This document shows, one piece after another, positions 52,695 through 64,000 of a DNA stretch of 64,000 nt (positions are counted from its first letter, which is position 1; each line of letters begins with the position of its first letter). This DNA comes from Octopus vulgaris. Its lineage: Eukaryota. Made by a program: the position numbers and the translations under genes. The notes under the pieces were generated by a model. That model did no database searches. It saw nothing but the letters and a program-made list of their open reading frames with translations, and was not told where the DNA came from. The stretch covers positions 219,356,001-219,420,000 of the forward strand of contig OX597814.1 in the NCBI GenBank assembly GCA_951406725.2, read 5' to 3'.

Positions 52695-55600
52695 TGATGA
52701 TGATGATGATGGTAGTGGTGGTGGTGATGGTGATGGTGGTGGTGATGGTGCTGGTGGTGGTGATGGTGCTGGTGGTGGTGATGGTGCTGGTGGTGGTGAT
52801 GGTGCTGGTGGTGGTGATGGTGCTGGTGGTGGTGATGGTGCTGGTGGTGGTGATGGTGCTGGTGGTGGTGATGGTGCTGGTGGTGGTGATGGTGCTGGTG
52901 GTGGTGATGGTGCTGGTGGTGGTGATGGTGCTGGTGGTGGTGATGGTGCTGGTGGTGGTGATGGTGCTGGTGGTGGTGATGGTGGTGGTGCTGGTGATGG
53001 TGCTGGTGGTGGTGATGGTGCTGGTGGTGGTGATGGTGCTGGTGGTGGTGATGGTGCTGGTGGTGGTGATGGTGCTGGTGGTGGTGATGGTGATGGTGGT
53101 GGTGATGGTGCTGGTGGTGGTGATGGTGATGGTGGTGGTGATGGTGCTGGTGGTGGTGATGGTGCTGGTGGTGGTGATGGTGATGGTGGTGGTGATGGTG
53201 CTGGTGGTGGTGATGGTGCTGGTGGTGGTGATGGTGCTGGTGGTGGTGATGGTGCTGGTGCTGGTGATGGTGCTGGTGGTGGTGATGGTGCTGGTGGTGG
53301 TGATGGTGCTGGTGCTGGTGATGGTGCTGGTGGTGGTGATGGTGATGGTGGTGGTGATGGTGCTGGTGGTGGTGATGGTGCTGGTGGTGGTGATGGTGCT
53401 GGTGGTGGTGATGGTGCTGGTGCTGGTGATGGTGCTGGTGGTGGTGATGGTGCTGGTGCTGGTGATGGTGCTGGTGGTGGTGATGGTGCTGGTGGTGGTG
53501 ATGGTGCTGGTGGTGGTGATGGTGATGGTGGTGGTGATGGTGATGGTGGTGGTGATGGTGCTGGTGGTGGTGATGGTGCTGGTGGTGGTGATGGTAGTGG
53601 TGGTGGTGATGGTGCTGGTGGTGGTGATGGTGCTGGTGGTGGTGATGGTGCTGGTGGTGGTGATGGTGCTGGTGGTGGTGATGGTGCTGGTGGTGGTGAT
53701 GGTGATGGTGGTGGTGATGGTGATGGTGGTGGTGATGGTGATGGTGGTGGTGATGGTGCTGGTGGTGGTGATGGTGCTGGTGGTGGTGATGGTGCTGGTG
53801 GTGGTGATGGTAGTGGTGGTGGTGATGGTGCTGGTGGTGGTGATGGTGCTGGTGGTGGTGATGGTGCTGGTGGTGGTGATGGTAGTGGTGGTGGTGATGG
53901 TGCTGGTGGTGGTGATGGTGCTGGTGGTGGTGATGGTAGTGGTGGTGGTGATGGTGCTGGTGGTGGTGATGGTGCTGGTGATGGTGATGGTGCTGGTGGT
54001 GGTGATGGTGCTGGTGGTGGTGATGGTGCTGGTGGTGGTGATGGTGCTGGTGGTGGTGATGGTGCTGGTGGTGGTGATGGTGCTGGTGGTGGTGATGGTG
54101 CTGGTGATGGTGATGGTGCTGGTGGTGGTGATGGTGCTGGTGGTGGTGATGGTGCTGGTGGTGGTGATGGTGCTGGTGGTGGTGATGGTGCTGGTGGTGG
54201 TGATGGTGCTGGTGGTGGTGATGGTGCTGGTGATGGTGATGGTAGTGGTGGTGGTGATGGTGCTGGTGGTGGTGATGGTGCTGGTGGTGGTGATGGTGCT
54301 GGTGGTGGTGATGGTAGTGGTGGTGGTGATGGTGCTGGTGGTGGTGAAGGTGCTGGTGGTGGTGATGGTAGTGGTGGTGGTGATGGTGCTGGTGGTGGTG
54401 ATGGTGCTGGTGGTGGTGATGGTGCTGGTGGTGGTGATGGTGCTGGTGGTGGTGATGGTGCTGGTGGTGGTGATGGTGCTGGTGGTGGTGATGGTGCTGG
54501 TGGTGGTGATGGTGCTGGTGATGGTGATGGTGCTGGTGGTGGTGATGGTGCTGGTGGTGGTGATGGTGCTGGTGGTGGTGATGGTGCTGGTGGTGGTGAT
54601 GGTGCTGGTGGTGGTGATGGTGCTGGTGATGGTGATGGTGCTGGTGGTGGTGATGGTGGTGGTGATGGTGCTGGTGGTGGTGATGGTGCTGGTGGTGGTG
54701 ATGGTACTGGTGGTGGTGATGGTGCTGGTGGTGGTGATGGTGCTGGTGGTGGTGCTGGTGGTGGTGATGGTGCTGGTGGTGGTGATGGTGCTGGTGGTGG
54801 TGATGGTGCTGGTGGTGGTGATGGTGCTGGTGGTGGTGATGGTGCTGGTGATGGTGATGGTGCTGGTGGTGGTGATGGTGGTGGTGATGGTGCTGGTGGT
54901 GGTGATGGTGCTGGTGGTGGTGATGGTGCTGGTGGTGGTGATGGTGCTGGTGGTGGTGATGGTGCTGGTGATGGTGATGGTGCTGGTGGTGGTGATGGTG
55001 GTGGTGATGGTGCTGGTGGTGGTGATGGTGCTGGTGGTGGTGATGGTGCTGGTGGTGGTGATGGTGCTGGTGGTGGTGATGGTGCTGGTGGTGGTGATGG
55101 TAGTGGTGGTGGTGATGGTGCTGGTGGTGGTGATGGTGCTGGTGGTGGTGATGGTAGTGGTGGTGGTGATGGTGCTGGTGGTGGTGATGGTGCTGGTGGT
55201 GGTGATGGTGCTGGTGGTGGTGATGGTGCTGGTGGTGGTGATGGTGCTGGTGGTGGTGATGGTGCTGGTGGTGGTGATGGTGCTGGTGGTGGTGATGGTG
55301 CTGGTGGTGGTGATGGTGCTGGTGATGGTGATGGTGCTGGTGGTGGTGATGGTGCTGGTGGTGGTGATGGTGCTGGTGGTGGTGATGGTGCTGGTGGTGG
55401 TGATGGTGCTGGTGGTGGTGATGGTGCTGGTGGTGGTGATGGTGGTGGTGGTGGTGCTGGTGGTGGTGATGGTGCTGGTGGTGGTGATGGTGCTGGTGGT
55501 GGTGATGGTGCTGGTGGTGGTGATGGTGCTGGTGGTGGTGATGGTGCTGGTGGTGGTGATGGTGCTGGTGGTGGTGATGGTGCTGGTGGTGGTGAGGGTG

Positions 55601-56575
55601 CTGGTGGTGGTGATGGTGCTGGTGGTGGTGATGGTGCTGGTGATGGTGCTGGTGGTGGTGATGGTGATGGTGGTGGTGATGGTGATGGTGCTGGTGGTGG
55701 TGATGGTGCTGGTGATGGTGCTGGTGGTGGTGATGGTGATGGTGGTGGTGATGGTGCTGGTGCTGGTGATGGTGCTGGTGGTGGTGATGGTGATGGTGCT
55801 GGTGGTGGTGATGGTGCTGGTGATGGTGCTGGTGGTGGTGATGGTGATGGTGCTGGTGGTGGTGATGGTGCTGGTGATGGTGCTGGTGGTGGTGATGGTG
55901 ATGGTGGTGGTGATGGTGCTGGTGCTGGTGATGGTGCTGGTGGTGGTGATGGTGATGGTGCTGGTGGTGGTGATGGTGCTGGTGATGGTGCTGGTGGTGG
56001 TGATGGTGATGGTGCTGGTGGTGGTGCTGGTGCTGGTGATGGTGCTGGTGGTGGTGATGGTGATGGTGCTGGTGGTGGTGATGGTGCTGGTGATGGTGCT
56101 GGTGGTGGTGATGGTGATGGTGGTGGTGATGGTGCTGGTGCTGGTGATGGTGCTGGTGGTGGTGATGGTGATGGTGCTGGTGGTGGTGATGGTGCTGGTG
56201 ATGGTGCTGGTGGTGGTGATGGTGATGGTGGTGGTGGTGGTGCTGGTGCTGGTGATGGTGCTGGTGGTGGTGATGGTGATGGTGCTGGTGGTGGTGATGG
56301 TGCTGGTGATGGTGCTGGTGGTGGTGATGGTGATGGTGGTGGTGATGGTGCTGGTGCTGGTGATGGTGCTGGTGGTGGTGATGGTGATGGTGCTGGTGGT
56401 GGTGATGGTGCTGGTGATGGTGCTGGTGGTGGTGATGGTGATGGTGCTGGTGATGGTGCTGGTGGTGGTGATGGTGATGGTGCTGGTGGTGGTGATGGTG
56501 CTGGTGGTGGTGATGGTGCTGGTGGTGGTGATGGTGGTCGCGACAATGACAACGATGATGATGATGACAATGACA
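52695..56575. repeat. 3.9-kb satellite, 18-bp unit GATGGTGCTGGTGGTGGT with variants
   Basis: Direct observation; explains the three ~1300-aa ORFs. Confidence 0.97.
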
Positions 56576-56676
56576 ACTGTGACAGCTTACCAAATTTTCT
56601 AGTTTTTGTTTTAATATGTACTTTCACAGCAATTATTATGACTCACCAGGTATTTCCACTAATATTATGTATGACT

Positions 56677-57060
56677 GTGGAGGCGCAATGGTCCAGTGGT
56701 TAGGGCAGCGTTCTCGCAGTCGTAGGATCGCGGTTTCGATTCCCAGACCGGGCGTTGTGAGTGTTTATTGAGCGAAAACACCTAAAGCTCCACGAGGCTC
56801 CGGCAGGGGATGGTGGTGATCCCTGCTGTACTCTTTCACCACAACTTTCTCTCACTCTTACTTCCTGTTTCTGTTGTACCTGTATTTCAAAGGGCCGGCC
56901 TTGTCACTCTCTGTGTCACGCTGAATATCTCCGAGAACTGCATTAAGGGTACACGTCTCTGTGGAGTGCTCAGCCACTTACATGTTAATTTCACGAGCAG
57001 GCTGTTCCGTTGATTCGGATCAACCGGAACCCTTGTCGTCGTAACCGACGGAGTGCTTCC
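56677..57060 (+). mobile_element. full-length SINE family A
   Basis: 14-bp TSD TATTATGTATGACT (56663-76, 57062-75). Confidence 0.95.
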
Positions 57061-57334
57061 TTATTATGTATGACTTTTTCATTTGGAATAAGGTAATCAG
57101 ACTAAATTTGGGAATTTTATGTCTCCTTTCTTTCAAGAAAGGTTTGATGTATTGAAAGCATAAAAACTGAAGTTGAAGTTGAGAAAAACTTAACTGTCCT
57201 CAAGGACTGGAACTCATCAGGATATTGGGAAAGAGTTAACAATATCATGATCATTCGCACCAGATATCAAATGCCAACATCATGACTGCTCAGTGTTCTG
57301 TGGACTTTGTAAAGGTTGTAAGGCATGTCTCATG

Positions 57335-58137
57335 CATCATGAAAGCCAAGTTTTCCTGAGCTGTGATACTCTAGGTGGTGCCAAGCTGCATTGGCCTTTG
57401 CTTTCCCTTGGATAACACTACTGTTGTGGAGAGAGGAGCCCAGTATGCATGGGTGACTGCTGGTCTTCCATAAACAACCTTGCCCGGGCTTGTGCCTGGG
57501 AGGGTAACTTTCTAGGTGCAATCCCATGGTCAGTCATGACTGAAGGGGGTCTCAGTGATACTCTAGGTGTGTCACAGCTGAGCGTGCTGTCATGTCACCC
57601 CACATCTTTGAACAAGGTCTTAGGCTCAAGTCAGACGTCTATATGAAGCAGCTGGAAACTGTGGTCAAACCTTGGCTGGAGTGTGTTGCTACCAGAAGGC
57701 CATATGTCCATATGTACGGCAACTGGATTTGGCTCCTTGCCAAGCCTCCAGAAAGAGTTAGAAGTGGTTTTTGAAGAATTTCAATGACCTCACCTGTCTC
57801 AGTTTCTAGTTTCCTAATTTCTCCAATTATAACTCCATGGATTACTATGTGTAGGGCATGGTTGGAAAAGACACCAACTGCTCTGCTTGCAATACCAAGG
57901 CTGAGCTGGTGACCAAGGTCAAGGAGATGTTTGAAAGTTTTCCCATTGACACAGACAGGAACAAATGTGCTAGGTTCCAGAGCTATATTGAGGCCATGCT
58001 GGAGTCTGAGGGCAGCTACTTTGAATATCCCAGCCATAATCTAGTTAATATTTTAAAAAAATTTTAGATACTTTTTTTTAATGGGTGTTTCTTTCCCTAT
58101 TATGCAAACTGTCAAATTTAGCCTGAATACCCTATAT
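57335..58137 (+). mobile_element. decayed maT/DD37D-like Tc1-mariner 3' half
   Basis: KF..VI.LGV, MSPHIF.QGLR, VVKPWL, MDYYV, TKAEL, CARF...IEA...EGSYFE; terminal AAATTTAGCCTGAATACCCTATA. Confidence 0.75.
57378..57554 (+). mobile_element. short retroposon insertion within the maT-like element
   Basis: 15-bp TSD GTGATACTCTAGGTG (57363-77, 57555-69). Confidence 0.8.
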
Positions 58138-58208
58138 GGGCACTTGATTACTGAAATGTGCAGATGTTCTTCATCAGAACATAGCTTGGATTTTAGCCCC
58201 TTCTGTTT

Positions 58209-59505
58209 GTATGCATGCATGCATGTATGTATGCATGTATGTATGTGTATGTATGTATGTATGCATGTATGTATGTATGTGTATGTGTGTATGTATGAAT
58301 GTATGTATGTATGTGTATGTATGTATGTATGTATGTATGCATGCATACATGCATGCATGTATGTATGCATGCATGTATGTATGTATGTATGTATGTATGT
58401 GTATGTATGTATGTATGTATGTATGCATGTATGCATGCATACATGCATGCATGTATGTATGCATGCATGTATGTATGTATGTATGTATGTATGTGTATGT
58501 ATGTATGTATGTATGTATGTATGTATGTATGCATGCATGTGTGTATGTATGTATGTATGTATGTGTATGTATGTATGTATGCATGTATGCATGCATACAT
58601 GCATGCATGTATGTATGCATGCATGTATGTATGTATGTATGTATGCATGTATGTATATATGCATACATGTATGTATGCATGCATACATGCATGCATGTAT
58701 GTATGCATGCATATATGTATGCATGTATGTATGTATGTATGCATGCATCTATGTATGTATGCATGCATGTATGTATGTATGTAAGTATGTATGCATACAT
58801 GCATGCATGTATGTATGCATGCATATATGTATGTATGCATGCATCTATGTATGCATGCATGCATGCAACTATGTATGTATGCATGCATGCATGTATGTAT
58901 GTAAGTATGTATGCATACATGCATGCATGTATGTATGCATGCATATATGTATGTATGTATGCATGTATGTATGCATGCATGTATGCATGCATGTATGTAT
59001 GCATGTATGCATACATGCATGTATGTATGCATGCATGTATGTATGTATGTATGTATGTAAGTATGCATGTATGTATGTATGCATGCATGCATGTATGTAT
59101 GCATGCATGTATGTATGTATGTATGCATGTATGTATGTATGCATACATGTATGTATGCATGCATACATGCATGCATGTATGTATGCATGCATATATGTAT
59201 GCATGTATGTATGTATGCATCTATGTATGTATGCATGCATGTATGTATGTATGTATGCATACATGTATGTATGCATGCATACATGCATGCATGTATGTAT
59301 GCATGCATATATGTATGCATGTATGTATGTATGCATCTATGTATGTATGCATGCATGTATGTATGTATGTATGCATGCATGCATGCAACTATGTATGTAT
59401 GCATGCATGTATGTATGTATGTATGTATGTATGCATGCATGCATGTATGTATGTATGCATGTATGTATGGATGCATATATGTATGCATGCATGCATGAAT
59501 GAATG
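58209..59505. repeat. (ATGT)/(ATGC) tetranucleotide array, 1.3 kb
   Basis: Direct observation. Confidence 0.97.
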
Positions 59506-59699
59506 ACTGAAAGTTCCCTTTCTCTTCTTAATTTAGAATAAACTCTGACTGGCCACCTGCCTGGTAGCAAGGCTTTAAAATAAAAGCATCTTATTTCATT
59601 CATAATCCTGTAAATCTTATGAAAGTCTCACAGGTTTTTACACTCTCTCCTACCATCATCATTTATAATGCATGAGTTAAACATTTACATTCTCTTCAT

Positions 59700-59990
59700 A
59701 AGAACCGGATTTCAACGAAACTTTACTCCATAAAGGTTGATATGTATCCTATTGTTTCAATAATAATAGGTATGTAGATGAATGTATATCTAGAGTACTG
59801 GATTTGCAAACTCCTAATCAATGGTCCATAGATGTCCTCTTTCTCGTGTATTTTTTTAACCACATTGTTGTCCAGAGGGCAGCTGGTTTCCACAACAGAG
59901 GATATCTTTTTCCTTGTGGTGCTACACAATAATATCTGGTTGGTTGTATTTTAATGCGGTGGCTGTTTTTATTTCTAAGTTCCATCAATA
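59700..59990 (-). mobile_element. R4/Dong-like non-LTR restriction-like endonuclease remnant
   Basis: N-KPDIIV...VVETSCPLDNNV.KK..EK..IY..L...LQ..Y...PII...G = PD-(D/E)xK RLE pattern. Confidence 0.7.
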
Positions 59991-60036
59991 TTTGTTTGAC
60001 CCATTGGTCTCAATATAGTCGGTATATTTGTATGTA

Positions 60037-60088
<52 letters not shown>

Positions 60089-60243
60089 TGTGTGTGTGTG
60101 TATGCAAGTATGAATATATGTGTGTAAGTGTGAGACTTGGTATGTGCTATCTACACATCCATTTTTCCATGCTAGCATGGGTTAGGTGCATTTATTAAAA
60201 TATTGGGTATCCTTCCAGTCACTAACAGAATCCAAAGAAACTA

Positions 60244-60480
60244 AAGGCAGCAAGCTGGCAGAAACATTAGTGCGCTGGGCGAAATGCTTAGCAGTATTTT
60301 GTCTGCCATTACGTTCTGAGTTCAAATTCCACCGAGGTCGACTTTGCCTTTCATCCTTTTGGGGTCGATAAATTGCGTACCAGTTACGCACTGAGGTTGA
60401 TGTAATTGACTTACTCCATTTGTCTGTCTTTGTTTGTCCCCTCTATGTTTAGCCCCTTGTAGGCAATAAATAAATAAGAA
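60244..60480 (+). mobile_element. SINE family B
   Basis: Full head, core and tail; AAGAAACT duplicated at the flanks. Confidence 0.9.
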
Positions 60481-60486
60481 ACTGAA

Positions 60487-60725
60487 GCATGGAACAAACT
60501 GCCGGCATCAGTTGTTAGTTGTCGGAGCACTGCATCCTTCAAAAGTTCCATGCTTCCTGAGATTCGCCAACACTACACCTGATTTTCTCCTCTCCAATAC
60601 ACACACAAACATGTATCTGACTCATATATTGTTCGCTTTCCAGACATTTGTACATTACTGCATATACTCTGACAAGTTGTGGTGCACCTGAGCACTGTAT
60701 ACAATAATTTCATTATTATTATTCT
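60487..60725 (+). mobile_element. CR1/L2-like LINE 3' end
   Basis: WNKLPASVVS...SFK C-terminal motif and (ATT)n tail. Confidence 0.7.
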
Positions 60726-61134
60726 TATTTAAAGGTGGTCAGTATTGGCAAAAATTATATAGTAAAGTTGTCAAGTTTCAGTAAACTTCTATCCATATAA
60801 ATCCATCAAAACTCATGATATTCACGAAGGGGCTGCTGATGTTAACCCAGAAAACATTCTTACTCAACTGATTGTTATGTTGTTGTTGTTGTTGTTGTTG
60901 CTGTTGCCATCATTGTTGTTATCATTGTCATTGTTGTGGAACCAAAGGTCTCAGTCCTAATATGGTCAAAGCATTCAATCTGATTATTACATCTCTTTTC
61001 TGCAGCTTGATCCATTGCTACAACAGCCAATATATCTTCCTGGTTTCCTTTTATTAAACAAAAATGGTGGACTGTGATTACGGGAGATGTAACTGCTATT
61101 TCTTGCAAAATGAGCAAGTACCTTTTACCTTTTA

Positions 61135-61346
61135 GCTTTCACTTGTTTCAGTCATTAGACTGCAGCCATGCTGGAGCACCATCTTGAAAACATTTTAGTC
61201 AATTGTATTGACCTCAGAACTTATCAATTTTAAAGCCTGGTACTTATTCTATTGGTCACTTTTGCTGAACTGCTAAGTTATGGGGATGTAAACATACAAA
61301 CACTGGTGGTAGTTGGGTACAAACGCACACACACACACACACACAC

Positions 61347-61402
<56 letters not shown>

Positions 61403-61411
61403 GGATAGATG

Positions 61412-61475
<64 letters not shown>

Positions 61476-61704
61476 TATATTGAAGGCGGTGAGCTGGCAG
61501 AATCGTTTGCACGTCGGGTGAAATGCTTAGCGGTATTTTGTCTGCTGTAACGTTCTGAGTTCAAATTCCGCCGAGGTCGACTTTGCTTTTCATTCTTTTG
61601 GGGTTGATAGATTAAGTACCAGTTATGCACAGGAATCGATGTAATCGACTTAATCACTTTGTTTGTCCCCTCTATGTTTAGCCCCTTGTGGGCAATAAAG
61701 AAAT

Positions 61705-61768
<64 letters not shown>

Positions 61769-61769
61769 C

Positions 61770-61801
<32 letters not shown>

Positions 61802-61814
61802 GGATGGATGGATG

Positions 61815-61881
<67 letters not shown>

Positions 61882-62045
61882 GTATATGATGAGCTTCTCC
61901 CAGTTTCCATCAACTAAATCCACTCACAAGGCTTTGGTCAGTGCAAGATTATATAGTAAAAGATACTTGCCCAAGGAGTCATGTAGTGGGACTGAACCTG
62001 GAACCATGTGGTTGGGAAGCAAGGCTCTTACCACACAGTCATGCT
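61135..62045 (-). mobile_element. SINE family C with expanded (GATA)n and nested family B (61483-61707)
   Basis: Family C tail at 61135-61320 and head at 61890-62045 flank (GATA)n arrays and a family B copy. Confidence 0.85.
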
Positions 62046-62344
62046 GGCACATGAAGATTCATTGATAGTTCTCACACAGCTAAAATCTTGAGTCTTATTC
62101 AAATTCTTAGAGTATGTTTGGCTTTTCTTAGACATTATAATGGATACGGGGAAATCTTCTAATTGTCTTCTATGATTTTCTTTTTCTCACTTCAGTATTT
62201 TGGATCTGCTTTATTTCCTGTGCCATACATTTTTATATAACTCACCATAATCTCTTCCATAAAACTCAGATGTTGATGCTTAAGTAAAAAAAAAAAAGAA
62301 AAGAAAGAAGAATAAACATTTTAATTATGGTACTAATAATACTT

Positions 62345-62900
62345 CGATGACTGGCATCCATGCTAGCGGGGTGCAAAGAGCACCATACGAGTGTGATCAT
62401 TGGCAGAGCAGCTAACCGGCTTCCGAGCCAGTGGCACATAAAAAGCACCATTCAAGTGTGATCGTTACCAGTGTCGCCTTACTGGCACTCGTGCCCGTGC
62501 TAGTAGGGTACCAAGAGCACCATCTGAGCATGATCGTTGCCAGAGCGGTTAACTGGCCTCCATGCCGGTGGCACATAAAAGGCACCGTTCGAGCATGATC
62601 ATTACCAGCGTCGCCTTACTGGCACCTGTGCTGGTGGCATATGTAAAAAGATTCAAGCGAGTTCGTTGCCAGTACCACCTGACTGGCCCTGTGCCAGTGG
62701 GACATAAAAAGCACCCACTACACCCTTGGAGTGGTTGGCTTTAGGAAGGTCATCTAGCTGTAGAAACTCAGCCAGATCAAGATTGGAGCATGGTGCAGCC
62801 ATCTGGTTCGCCAGCCCTTAGTCAAAATCGTCCAACCCATGCTAGCATGGAAAGCGAACATTAAACGATGATGATGATGATGATGATGTTGATGATGATT
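62345..62900 (+). mobile_element. SINE family D subfamily with tandem subrepeats
   Basis: As at 37830-38250. Confidence 0.85.
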
Positions 62901-63614
62901 CTACTTTTTGCAGAAGTGATTCACACCTATTTGTGGTAACCATTTACAGACAAGTGACTTGAGCTAATGATAGTTAAAATGTTAATGATAGATATACAAA
63001 CTATCGACCTTTTGGCCAATATATCAACAATCTAATGACATTAAGTGTAGATTGTACAATTCAAAACCTAAAAATAGGCTTAACTGTAAACATTTCAGTG
63101 AAATAATTTTGTGTTTTTTATGTTTCAATAGTATAAAAGGACTGATACACAAATGTCATATCTTAAGCCAATAGTTATGTAGATGATAACAATATAACAT
63201 ATTTAAAGGTCAAATCTTATTATTGAAGGTATTCATTAGAAATTCTATCTTAGTGTTTACAAATAATATTTTCTTGCATCAGTTAGTTCACATATTTCAT
63301 ACCTGTCATTTGCAATGCTTTCTCCATATTTCAATAGGAAAATCCTCTGATTTAACCCTTTTGATGGTAAGCCACCTGGTTCTTTGATACAAGTTTCCTA
63401 TTTTGAATTGATTTAAATTAAAACCTTCCATCAATGAAGGTTTTATGTCAGTTTATGTTCCAAAATGTTAATTTACTAAATTCTTTATTTTCAAAAATTT
63501 ATTGAAACCATGACAGTATGTTTCAACAGAAATATGGTAACAAAAGATTTAACATATGTTATTTCCCAGAATATAATACAATGAGTCATTCAGCTATATT
63601 ATAAGCATGTTATT

Positions 63615-64000
<386 letters not shown>

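Larger units (their letters stand above)
60960..63340 (+). pseudogene. putative decayed LRR-protein gene, last unit (N-terminal part)
   Basis: Signal-like MVKAFNLIITSLFCSLIHC (60962); DCDYGRCNC (~61070); EDSLIVLTQLKS*VL (62053); IQTIDLLAN (~62994); YVDDNNITYL (~63176). Confidence 0.35.

Noticed and set aside
52679-56627. Three ~1300-aa ORFs (His/Gln-, Pro/Ala/Ser- and Val/Met-rich)
   Set aside because: They arise from a stop-free triplet satellite that is open in several frames on both strands; no unique coding flanks
48880-57300. A further LRR unit (YDCSKN..GICKC, FKTFGAILFL, DSLPNFLV) as a standalone feature
   Set aside because: Too few and too weak motifs to annotate separately; mentioned only within the array hypothesis
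58053-59603. ORFs of 230-470 aa (MYVC/HTYI repeats); similar ones at 8185-8775 and 10186-11229
   Set aside because: Translations of di- and tetranucleotide microsatellites

Overview
AT-rich, repeat-saturated eukaryotic genomic DNA. The SINE families present look like those of octopus/coleoid cephalopods (inferred from sequence recognition, not from a search). I found no intact host protein-coding gene, rRNA, true tRNA or CRISPR array. Nearly all long ORFs in the track are artefacts of stop-free microsatellites. Identifiable mobile elements: four recurring SINE-type families; a near-intact IR/DR Tc1 (DD34E) transposon at 23217-24841; decayed mariner and maT elements; RTE, Tx1/L1, CR1-like and R4-like LINE fragments; several Penelope-like (PLE) RT/GIY-YIG remnants; a non-autonomous Helitron; hAT and TTAA MITEs; and a 3.9-kb (GGT)-based satellite. 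Three observations go beyond routine annotation. (1) Minimal type I hammerhead ribozyme motifs occur in or near PLE-derived sequence at 7948-8003, 41089-41123 and, degenerate, at 48644-48732. (2) A three-level nest: a Tx1/L1 inserted in the tRNA head of a SINE, which itself splits a PLE ORF that rejoins in frame. (3) The unique DNA between the repeats repeatedly translates on the + strand into broken leucine-rich-repeat-like peptides, in places with signal-peptide-, LRRNT-, LRRCT-, TM- and TIR-like pieces in the expected order. This suggests a decayed tandem array of LRR/Toll-like receptor genes; it is an inference that needs profile-HMM confirmation.
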